Origin: a virus
Taxonomy: Duplodnaviria > Caudoviricetes
IMG/VR virus record: IMGVR_UViG_3300009610_000047
Coordinates: 1-43,752 of that record
Direction: 5' to 3' (one strand)
Length of the DNA stretch: 43,752 nt
Below are positions 17,234 to 26,500 of this stretch, piece by piece (position 1 is the first letter of the stretch; each line of letters begins with the position of its first letter). The notes under the pieces are model-generated. The model did no database searches. It saw only the letters and a list, made by a program, of their open reading frames with translations, and had not been told where the DNA came from. The position numbers and the translations under genes are program-made.

Positions 17234-18294
17234 TGGTCTATGTAAGGATTCCGGCTCCTCCTTCGACCGATGTGCCCGATCTGCTCAATTGGGCGGATCA
17301 AGAGTTCAATGCGATAGAGAAGGCTCAGTATGAGCAAACTGTGGTTGATTTGCGTCAAGTTTCGCGGGAGCCTGTTCGACCCCGCGAAGGGATGATAATC
17401 GTTGCGGATGGGACGAATTGGAATCCGGGTTCGGGCGAAGGGCCGTATATCTATCAAAATGGGGTTTGGCGGCTCCTCTTGGCGGGTTCAGGGGGCCGTC
17501 CTATCCTGACGGCGGCGCAAGACTTCTTTGTCGATCGAGCGTTGGGAAATGACACCACAGGGGATGGGAGTTCTGCTCTTCCGTGGCTCACCATTCCAAA
17601 AGCGGTGGCGGTGGCTCAGAGTTATGATAATGCCGGATTCGCCATTACGATTAAGGTGAGAAATGGCACTTATCCTGAAGCGATTTCGCTTTTAAGTTTT
17701 GTTGGAACGGGGGCGATGTCGATTGTAGGGGTTTCGACGACTTGGCCTACCTCCCCAGGGGTCATTATAACGGGAGGTATTACGTCCACGGGGCCGAATG
17801 CGAGATGGAACGTCTCCAATGTCAAGTTGAATGCGGGTCCGGGGGTCAATAATATGTTCCTCCAATCAATGTCGGAGATTCGTTATCACAACATCGAATG
17901 GGGAGCGAGCGAGATCAATATCTTGACCAATTTCGGAGCGCAGGCGATTGGAGTGGAGGGGCAAAATGACACTCTCACGGGGAGTTGTACTGTTCATTGG
18001 GCCGCGCGGAAGAATAGTCTTATCCACGACAATGGAAGGGTACTAACTATCTCTGGAGGGCTTTCCTGTGTTATCTTCGCCCAAGTGCTTGATAATTCGA
18101 CCGTTATTTGTAATGCGAATCTGTTGGTCGGTCCAAGGTTCAATGGGGCGGGAAGCCCCGGCGGAGGGGGAGATATGACGGGACGGAAGTTCTCCATTGT
18201 CGGTCTTGGTTCGACGATCAGTACAAATGGGGCGGGGCCGGCATTCCTTCCGGGGAATGCAGCTGGAGACGCGCCCGCGGGGACCTATACTTAA
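17233..18294 (+). CDS. Tail fibre/spike with a beta-helix domain
   Basis: N-terminal PVRPREGMII.ADGTNWNPGSGEG.Y.Y..GVW anchor, then DFFVD...GND..GDGS...PWLTI..AV and a beta-helix. Confidence 0.8.
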   Translation: MVYVRIPAPPSTDVPDLLNWADQEFNAIEKAQYEQTVVDLRQVSREPVRPREGMIIVADGTNWNPGSGEGPYIYQNGVWRLLLAGSGGRPILTAAQDFFVDRALGNDTTGDGSSALPWLTIPKAVAVAQSYDNAGFAITIKVRNGTYPEAISLLSFVGTGAMSIVGVSTTWPTSPGVIITGGITSTGPNARWNVSNVKLNAGPGVNNMFLQSMSEIRYHNIEWGASEINILTNFGAQAIGVEGQNDTLTGSCTVHWAARKNSLIHDNGRVLTISGGLSCVIFAQVLDNSTVICNANLLVGPRFNGAGSPGGGGDMTGRKFSIVGLGSTISTNGAGPAFLPGNAAGDAPAGTYT

Positions 18295-18316
18295 GAGGTT
18301 CTAAAAGGAGGTAAAA

Positions 18317-19948
18317 ATGGCCGACGGTTATGATCCTCTCAACTGGTATTGGACGGTTGTTGACACAACCTCTGTGACGCATGTCTACTCTTCCTCTTCG
18401 AGTGCCTTTCTCCCCGTTGCGAATTCAGTCTACACGGCGTGGCTGGCGAGGGGGAATGCACCAACCCTCATCGACACGGTGGTCAATTTGCAAAGTGTGA
18501 TTGGGACCGTTTCTTTTACGCTCTTCAGGAATGCGAGCCAAACAATCTCTTCTCTCCCGACGACATTGACCAATCCTTTGACGAATAAGGTTATCGTTTC
18601 CACGACGGGGAACTTGACTCTTCCGGCGATGAATACGCCGATTTCCATCCCCGTTGGGGAATGGCTTGAGGTCGAAAACTCTCATGCGACGGGAGAAGTT
18701 GTCGTCAAGGATAATGTGGGCTCGACCCTCCTAACGCTCAAAGCGGGAGATAGGGCGAAACTCACCCTGACGTCTAATGCAACTGCAGCTGGCTCTTTCA
18801 GTCATAGCTTCACGAGGAAGGTGGGCGCTACCTCTGATGTGGTGAGTCTCATTTCCGACTTCCATCGCTGCGACGGAAGGTTGACAACGCTAGGGGTGGA
18901 TGTCTTTGATGGAGCGGATTACGCTCTTCAGTCACGAATGTATTTGGGTCTCTTTCGAGGGGATAAGATTGCTTTGCGGAAGGCGAATGGAGAGTGGGTT
19001 ACAAGGGTCTTCGATCGAAGTATGGCGACACTCTTCCTTGATACGAGTCAAACCTCGGGCTTTACGGGAGACATTACTAATAGTCAGCCGACGGTAACGG
19101 ATTTGAAGAATGCGGGGAATGGCATAACGGGGGCCGCCCAGCTTCATTCGCTCTGTATTGGAATGCAGGTCACAGGGACGGGTATTCCAGCTTCGACGAC
19201 GGTTGTTGCGGTTGATATTCCAAATCGACAAGTGACGCTTTCGGCGAATACGACAAGCTCTATTGGGGACTTGAGTGTGACATTCAAATCTCCTCCGTCA
19301 ATGATGATGGATGTTTTCGCCTTCCCCACTGGGACGGACGAGATGGATGTCCGTCTGGAACAGGTCAAGTGGACCTCGACGAATGCGAGGAATGTAGCCC
19401 TCATTCGGCAGGATGGAGTCTACGTCAAGGATGGGGATACGACGCGGAGGTATATGGGCTCCTACTATAGTGAGAGTGCCGGACGTACAAATGAGACTTC
19501 GAAAAAGCGCCATGTTTGGTCCTACTATGGGAGGCATAGAAGGGTTCTTCGCGCGAAGGAACAGGGGGTTGCCTCGTGGACCTACAATAGTACGACGTGG
19601 AGGTCTTCGAGTGGAGCGTCGAATGCTTTGATTGAAATTGTGAGTGGAATTCCTGAGCAGGAGATTCGAGTCATTCACAAACAGTATGCGAGTGGACCTG
19701 CGGTTGCTTCTCATGGTTATGTTGGAATAGGGAAGAACGGAAGTGCTGTTGGGAACCTCGTCGACGAGTCGATTCAGATCCATCCTGTGGCGACGGCAGG
19801 ATGGCTGCATAATTTTGTTTCGACGTATGGTGAAGTGCCCGCTGTTGGTTTCACCTACTACTACGGAATGGAGAGAACGGATGGGGGAGGAAATTGGACC
19901 TTCTTTGGGCAGGCGAACCAGTGGCTGACAGCGGAGTGGGATTGTTGA
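18317..19948 (+). CDS. Tail fibre-associated protein
   Basis: AAGGAGG RBS; YDPLNWYW N-terminus; Thr/Ser-rich beta modules (GMQVTGTGIPASTTV); C-terminal RRYMGS...WTYNSTTWR domain. Confidence 0.75.
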   Translation: MADGYDPLNWYWTVVDTTSVTHVYSSSSSAFLPVANSVYTAWLARGNAPTLIDTVVNLQSVIGTVSFTLFRNASQTISSLPTTLTNPLTNKVIVSTTGNLTLPAMNTPISIPVGEWLEVENSHATGEVVVKDNVGSTLLTLKAGDRAKLTLTSNATAAGSFSHSFTRKVGATSDVVSLISDFHRCDGRLTTLGVDVFDGADYALQSRMYLGLFRGDKIALRKANGEWVTRVFDRSMATLFLDTSQTSGFTGDITNSQPTVTDLKNAGNGITGAAQLHSLCIGMQVTGTGIPASTTVVAVDIPNRQVTLSANTTSSIGDLSVTFKSPPSMMMDVFAFPTGTDEMDVRLEQVKWTSTNARNVALIRQDGVYVKDGDTTRRYMGSYYSESAGRTNETSKKRHVWSYYGRHRRVLRAKEQGVASWTYNSTTWRSSSGASNALIEIVSGIPEQEIRVIHKQYASGPAVASHGYVGIGKNGSAVGNLVDESIQIHPVATAGWLHNFVSTYGEVPAVGFTYYYGMERTDGGGNWTFFGQANQWLTAEWDC

Positions 19949-19949
19949 G

Positions 19950-20261
19950 ATGGAAATCCTCGCCGCGTGGTACAATAATCGGGCGCATACGAAGGCGACG
20001 GTCCATGCGAAGGGAGATGTCTGGATTCTCTCCGCCTCAGCGCATCCGGCGATGTGGGCCGAGCTACTTGTATGGGGACAGGCGAATACAATTACGCCCT
20101 ATCAAGCGCCTCCTGTGGAGACCCCAGATGAAGCGGCGGAACGCTTTCAGGACGAACAACTTTTGAAAGCTGTTGTTCTCGCTATAAATGATGGGACGCT
20201 GGTGCAAGGGGCGAATAGGACGCCTGCCCAACTCAAGGCGATCATAAAGGCAAAGCTATGA
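19950..20261 (+). CDS. Tail fibre assembly-like protein
   Basis: 103 aa immediately after the fibre gene; ITPYQAPP motif. Confidence 0.6.
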   Translation: MEILAAWYNNRAHTKATVHAKGDVWILSASAHPAMWAELLVWGQANTITPYQAPPVETPDEAAERFQDEQLLKAVVLAINDGTLVQGANRTPAQLKAIIKAKL

Positions 20262-20731
20262 TGGAATTGGAAAAACTCTGGCCGGGGGAAGAGCGGGAGG
20301 GTAAGCGCTCACTCTTCCTCTTGAATGAACAACAGATTCACCACTATTGGGGGGACTTGGAGAAAGAGCTTTCTCGGACCCGAATGTACGATCATTGGAG
20401 GCCGGAACAGATACTCGAACAACTCACCAATGGGGCTATGCAATGCTGGGCGCTGTCGAATGGGGAGATTCAGCTTATCCTCATTTCGGATATTTTGGTC
20501 TATTCGAATGGGAGTAGGAGCTTGCGCTTCGTAGGATGTGTTGGAAGAGAGCTGGATACCTATCTTCCGCTCATTCGCTCAAGCTTCGCAAAGGTCACGA
20601 AGCGCCTAGAGTGTGGAAGGGTCGAGGTCGTGGGCCGCGAGGGTTGGGCGAGGAAGCTGAAGAAGTTGGGCTTCAAACATCTCTATACGGTTGTATACTT
20701 CGATCTTGAGCCGCTACCAAGGGAACACTGA
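20258..20731 (+). CDS. GNAT-fold virion assembly protein (P22 gp14-like position)
   Basis: GREGWARKL motif; precedes the ejection proteins, as in P22/T7-like podoviruses. Confidence 0.65.
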   Translation: MMELEKLWPGEEREGKRSLFLLNEQQIHHYWGDLEKELSRTRMYDHWRPEQILEQLTNGAMQCWALSNGEIQLILISDILVYSNGSRSLRFVGCVGRELDTYLPLIRSSFAKVTKRLECGRVEVVGREGWARKLKKLGFKHLYTVVYFDLEPLPREH

Positions 20732-20732
20732 A

Positions 20733-22094
20733 ATGTCAGGTGATAGTCAGCCGAACATACAGAGGACGACTCAGCAAGGGACGTCCACGCAGCAGACGGC
20801 GGGGAGTCAAACGGGGACGACGACTCAGGCAATCACTCCTGAGCAAAGAGCCATTATGAATGCGGCGATGCCGAACCTTCTTTCGTTCGGAACGTCGCCG
20901 CCTTCGCTTGCAAGGCGAAGTGCTACCTTCAACCCGACGCAGCAACAGGCCCAGGAGGCCGCCCTCGCGGACGCGGCAGGACCGATGAGGGGGGTCGTGC
21001 AGGGAGGAGCGGATGCTTCGAACTTCCTTACCTCGGGGGCGGCTTTGGACCCGAATACAAATCCCGGTCTCGCGGGGGCGATTAATGCCGGAACGAGGCC
21101 GATCTATGAGAACCTAACGCAGAGTGTTTTGCCCAACATTCGAAGCGAGGCCGCGGGTGGGGCGAACTACGGCTCTTCGAGGCAAGGGATCGCGGAAGGT
21201 CTCGCATCGAGTGGAGCTTCGAATGCCGCGGGAGACGTGGCGGGGAGGTTATCCTTCCAGGGCTACAACACGGGCCTGGATGCGATGACGAGAGCTCTTG
21301 GGCTCGTTCCGCAAACGGCGGGCGCCCAGGCCATGCCGAGTGCGACTCAGGCCGCCGTTGGGGATGTTCGTCAAGGGCAGCAGCAGAGGGAGTTTGATGT
21401 TGCGGATCAAATGTCGAACTTCAATGCCATGCTTCCGTTCATTACTTCGCAAAGCCTCCTGGGATCGCTCTCGGGGCTTCCGGGACAAAGTGTTACTTCC
21501 ACGGGACAGTCAACCGGAAGCGGAACTGGGTTCACTTCAGGAAGCGGCATGACCGAAGGACCCAAGCCCGAAACGAATTGGGCTCAAATGCTCATGGGGG
21601 GAGGGAGCCTCGCGGCGGGCCTCCTTGGCAGCGGAGGGATCGGAAGCGCCGCGAGCGCGTTGGCGCCTTTTGTCCTTTCGGATATAAACGAGAAGATGAA
21701 GATCGAGCCGGTGGGCCGTCTCTTCGATGGGACTGTAGTCTATCGCTATGCGTACAAAACGGAGCCCAATCTCTACCACCTCGGTCTGTTGGCGCAGGAG
21801 GTGGAGCTCTTCCTTCCTGAAGCAGTTCACGTGGAGAATGGAGTGAAATACGTCGACTACTATCGGGCGACGGAGAGATCACGAAGGATGTTTGGAGGAA
21901 AAGGAAATGGTCGCGTACACGGAACAGAATCCTCTCGATCCGATGTTGAGCGAGGATCTAGGGGGTCCGAAGGCGTGGTTCGAGAGGCACAGGGTAGCGG
22001 GGCCTCAGTTGGGAGCGCTCCTCTTCACCAATCCGGAGAGGGCGATCGAGGCCCTCTCGGCCGCGGGAGTGCCACCCCCTCCGGTTGGGATTGA
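20733..22094 (+). CDS. DNA ejection (pilot) protein with C-terminal peptidase S74-like chaperone domain
   Basis: Gln/Ala/Gly-rich with GGANYGSSRQGIAEG; then LSDINEK...VYRYAYK...GLLAQEVE...PEAV...VDY. Confidence 0.8.
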   Translation: MSGDSQPNIQRTTQQGTSTQQTAGSQTGTTTQAITPEQRAIMNAAMPNLLSFGTSPPSLARRSATFNPTQQQAQEAALADAAGPMRGVVQGGADASNFLTSGAALDPNTNPGLAGAINAGTRPIYENLTQSVLPNIRSEAAGGANYGSSRQGIAEGLASSGASNAAGDVAGRLSFQGYNTGLDAMTRALGLVPQTAGAQAMPSATQAAVGDVRQGQQQREFDVADQMSNFNAMLPFITSQSLLGSLSGLPGQSVTSTGQSTGSGTGFTSGSGMTEGPKPETNWAQMLMGGGSLAAGLLGSGGIGSAASALAPFVLSDINEKMKIEPVGRLFDGTVVYRYAYKTEPNLYHLGLLAQEVELFLPEAVHVENGVKYVDYYRATERSRRMFGGKGNGRVHGTESSRSDVERGSRGSEGVVREAQGSGASVGSAPLHQSGEGDRGPLGRGSATPSGWD

Positions 22095-22734
22095 GGCTAC
22101 ACGGAGAGGGATGAACCCCGGTCGCGTTGCGGCGCAGGGGCTTGATCCTCTAGAGCCGCTTCCTGACGTGGAAGCTCCTCCGCCTGTTGCTCCAGGAACC
22201 GACTATGGTCCGGGCTCCATGCAGACTGGAGAGAATCCGATGGATTGGCGAAGCGCCTCGCCAGACAAAAAAGTTGTGAAGACCGAGACGTTCAAGAAGC
22301 CAAAAGGGGAGGAGCGAGTTCCTCAAGAGGAGCCGACTTATGTTCCGCCCGGAGCCCAGCTTGATCCTAATCCGCAAGGGCCATTTCCGGGCGGGGTGGA
22401 TGATGTGAGGCAGACGGGGCCTGGAGGAGGAAGGGCTCTCGACGTTCGGCCGGAGGCTCAGAGCGGCGTGAAGCCGAAGAGCGAAGGAAGCGACTTGGCG
22501 AAGATCTTCCAAGGACTAAAGGCTCTTGCGCCGCCTGCGCTTCCTAGTGTGGGGACTCCACATCCCCCGATGCCGAGGGTGGATGGTCCGCCTCGGATTG
22601 ATACGCCGAGTATTCCGGCGGGGAGAGGAGAGTTCTCCACGATCAATCCGATTCAACTGTTGCAGTTCATTCAACAGATGGGTGGAGCCGGGACGGGGGG
22701 TGGCCCGATGCTTTCTAACCTCATGAGGAGATAA
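21907..22734 (+). CDS. Pro-rich putative ejection/internal virion protein
   Basis: ATG 21907 with GGAGG/AAGGA RBS; Pro/Gly-rich; within the ejection cluster. Confidence 0.65.
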   Translation: MVAYTEQNPLDPMLSEDLGGPKAWFERHRVAGPQLGALLFTNPERAIEALSAAGVPPPPVGIEATRRGMNPGRVAAQGLDPLEPLPDVEAPPPVAPGTDYGPGSMQTGENPMDWRSASPDKKVVKTETFKKPKGEERVPQEEPTYVPPGAQLDPNPQGPFPGGVDDVRQTGPGGGRALDVRPEAQSGVKPKSEGSDLAKIFQGLKALAPPALPSVGTPHPPMPRVDGPPRIDTPSIPAGRGEFSTINPIQLLQFIQQMGGAGTGGGPMLSNLMRR

Positions 22735-22736
22735 AA

Positions 22737-23546
22737 ATGGTTGGTCAATATAGTCCTCTTGATCCAGATCAGAATCCGCCTCAACAAGGGGCTCCTCCCC
22801 AAGGGACCGATACTGGAGGGCTGCTCAATCAATGGAGAAGCTTTCTGGATGACCCTGCGGGAAGAGCCGCGCTTGTGCAAACGGGGTTGCAGATGCTTCA
22901 GCCGAGGGCCATTGGTCAATCGACTTTGGGACACATCGCTTCGTCGATTGGGGGTGGCGGCGAAGCGGCGGAAAGAGTACGGAAAACGGAAGCTTCAGAG
23001 GCTGAAGCGGCAAGTGTTCAGTCGGCAAGAGATCGAGGTGTGGGAGCTCGAGAAGACCTCGCCAATGCCGCGCAGACAAGAGCGGAAGCTGCGACGATTG
23101 CTGCCCAGGCTGCGCAACAGAGGGCGCAACAGGGAGGTGTGGGGGGTGCTCAAGGTGGAGTCACGGCGAACCAAAATATGCAGGCTAGATTGAGGATTCA
23201 GCAGAAGATTCGAGACTATCTCGATCCGGGGCTTGATCTTACTCCTTCAGAGAATGACATCTACATGCCCTTGATTGAGGAAAAGTATGGAAAGATGACG
23301 AAGCCTCAAATCTTCCAAAAGTATCAGGGAGATCCAGAGTTTCGAACCTATATGCAGCGACTCTTTGGTGGGGATGCTATTCCGAATTTGACTGATCCTC
23401 TTCGGTCCAAACCGGGGTCGACGCAAGGAGACGTGGGAGGTCCTCCTCCAGGGCATCCGACGGCCCGAAGGGGGACCCGCCCAGACGGGACGCCGGGGTG
23501 GTTCGTCACCAATCCGACGACGGGACAGAACTTCGAGGTTCAGTAA
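22737..23546 (+). CDS. Putative ejection/internal virion protein
   Basis: GAGGAG RBS; Ala/Gln/Gly-rich helical protein abutting the giant gene. Confidence 0.7.
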   Translation: MVGQYSPLDPDQNPPQQGAPPQGTDTGGLLNQWRSFLDDPAGRAALVQTGLQMLQPRAIGQSTLGHIASSIGGGGEAAERVRKTEASEAEAASVQSARDRGVGAREDLANAAQTRAEAATIAAQAAQQRAQQGGVGGAQGGVTANQNMQARLRIQQKIRDYLDPGLDLTPSENDIYMPLIEEKYGKMTKPQIFQKYQGDPEFRTYMQRLFGGDAIPNLTDPLRSKPGSTQGDVGGPPPGHPTARRGTRPDGTPGWFVTNPTTGQNFEVQ

Positions 23547-26500
23547 ATGGCGCTAGTTCCAGTCGATTATGATCCGTTTGCGGAGGGTGGTGAAGGGGGC
23601 CAAGAGGCGCCACCCAACGTCCCCCTTGAAGCTCAAGCTCCAGAGCCTGTGGAGGCGTGGCCGCAGCCTGTTCCGTATGATCCCTTCAGTGGGCCGACCC
23701 CGGAATTGCAAGGGAAGTTGGTCCCTGTCGACTACGATCCGTTTGCCCCTCCGACGAAGAAGAAGGTTTCCTCTTCTCCCGACGATACGCCACTTGGTTA
23801 TGTCGAAACGGCTTGGGAGGCAGGAAAAAAGGGCGTCAAAGAGTCCTTGAGGGATGTGGGAGAACTCGTCTCGGGCGTTGGCCGGATTGGGAATGAGGGT
23901 TTCTTCAAAGGGGCGCCGACGTTGGAGGAAGCGGAGATTCCGTCCCCCGTCGATCATTTGATTAATATGCCCGCTTCGCAGGGATACAGTGATCCGAAGT
24001 GGTATTTGGCCCAACTTGCGCATGGAATAGGGAGAGTTCCCCCCATCATTGCGGGGGCGCTCGCGGGAGGGGCGGTTGGTGGAACTCCTGGAGGGATTGC
24101 GGGCGCCGCGACAACGGGGGCTTTGGTCGGAGTGATTCCGGCCTATCAGGAAGCGAAGGCCGAGAATCTCTCGGACGACGACGCAATCTACAGGGCGTCT
24201 CTTGTGGCGGCAACTCAAGGAATGACGTTGGCCATCATGGGCGTCGCGGGGACGACGGCTTTTACTAGCACGGCGGCGAAGGCTCTTGCGGATGGGACGG
24301 TGGCGAAGATCATTCAGCACCCCGTCCGGGAAGCACTTGTTCAGCTTGGAATCGTCCAGCCGACGATTGGCTTGGCGGGGAATATTGCGGGCAAGGCGGT
24401 TCAGAGCAAGGACCTCTCCTTCGATGAGGCCGCGACGGGGGCTATCAATGATGTAATGCTCGGAGGGGCGTTTGCGAGCCCGATGCTTTATGCGAGTGCG
24501 AAGGCGCGAAGGGTTCCGGGGAAAGTGACAACGGAGCCTCCTGGGCCTGCCGTCGCGGGGAAGGGAGATCGGCTCCCTGTGGAGCGAACGGAGCTAAAGC
24601 CGGGCGAGACCGAGATGATTGGAGAGGGAGCCCCGGTTGAATTCGGAACGGGAATCCCTGAGAGTCAAGAGAGGCCGATTTTCTTTTCTGCCGTGGCGGA
24701 CTTTGTTCAGCGAAAGGGTCCAGGGAGAGCTTCCGCCGAACAGTGGCTTGCAACGATCTCTCAGGCGCCGGGGGTGAAGGCGGAAGAGTTGACACAACTC
24801 GATCTTCCGAGTTGGCTCAGAGACCGTGATGGAAAGGTCTCGAAGGAAGATCTCCTTGCCGCCATCGAAGAGCGTCAGGTGAGACTGGAGGAGATCCATA
24901 CAACTGATGTAGCGGACATGCCGAAGGGGTGGACGGAGATTGCAGGGCCAAATACTCGGTATTCGAATTATGTTCTTCCGGGTGTTTGGGAACGCTATGG
25001 AGAGTTGAAGCTTTACTTCCCCCGAGAAGAGCCGAAGTACATTGATCCGCACTTTAAGGGTGTGGCGGGTGTTCCTGTGGAGGGTCTAGGGGGAAGACCG
25101 GGGAATGAAAATCTTCTGGGTTGGGGCCGTTGGACGGAGCGGCTCGATCGAGATGGAAAGAGGACCTTCAACATTGAAGAGATCCAAAGTGGGTGGCTTC
25201 AGCAGGGGAGGGAGAAGGGCTTCTCGGATAAAATTGAGACTTCGGCAGAACGAGAAGCAAGAAAACAGGCGGCCGTACAGGCTGTTACGACGCTCAATCC
25301 GGAGATGGAACGTATCATTCGAGCGAATGATCTTCTTGGATTCGACAATGTGAATCAAGCGCGGCAGGCGATGAGAGAGCCTCCGACGCAGTGGGAATGG
25401 AATTCTCCGACCGATCTGGCTTTCGCGCAGAGATATCATCAAGCCCTTCGACACTCCATTGAAACTTTTAGAACGCAAATGGAAGGTCCGGTTCCAGAGG
25501 CGCCTTTTAAGTCTTCGTGGCCGGAATTGTTCGTGAAGCGCTTGATGCGCTATGCGGCGGACGAGGGTTATGAGCGAATCACTTGGACGAATGGCGCGCA
25601 GCAAAACGCACGTTATCCGGGCCTGAAGCCGGAGCAGAGGGCGGGCTTGACTGAGTTTTATGACAAGATTCTTCCGAGATTGATGGAGAAGTGGGGAGGA
25701 AAGATGGGGATGGAAAGTGGGATGACCCACTTCAACCGCTTTACGGACGCTGTTTATTCGAGTATGAGGCAGAGGTATGTTGATCTTTCTCCCGCGGCGG
25801 GAGATCGGATCAAAATGGGCTTTCCGCTGTTCGATCAGCCTCCTCCGGGGGCTATATATGACTCGTTGCTTGATCCGGGAGGGGTGCCGAATCCAACTGA
25901 GGCGCCGCGGCTCGCGGAGGCGAGGCAGGGGGTCAAGCTTGCGCAGAAGATTGCGAAAGCTCTTCGAGTCGACAAGGATTTGACTTTTCAAATTGTGAAT
26001 CGTCCTGATATTCGCAATTATGGAGAGTATCATCCAGGATCGAAGACCATTGTTGTCAACATTCATGGGCCGGGTGGCGCGGCGAGAATCGTCACGACGC
26101 TGATGCACGAGCTGGGCCATCACGTCATGTATACGCACTTCAATCATTTGTCGATTGCGGACAAAGCGGCCGTCATAGCGGGTTATGATGAGTGGAGGGC
26201 GAGGCTTGGACAGAACCCCGCGATGAGCGAGGTTTATAGAGCGAGATTCCCGGCGGCGAAGATGTTCGGTGAGCAGAGCGCCCAGGGAGGGGCGAATGTG
26301 ACTCGTCTCACGGATTTGAGCCCTCATTGGCAAGAGTACATGGTGGGCTTTAAGGAGTACTTCGCCGAGCAGACCGCGCGGTGGGCCTCGACGAGCGAGA
26401 AGCCGTTGAGTATTGTGGATCGATTCTTCCAAGGGTTGGCGAAGGCTTTGACGTCCCTCCGGGAGTTGATGTCGAAGAGGTTCGGGAACTCCTTCGAGGC

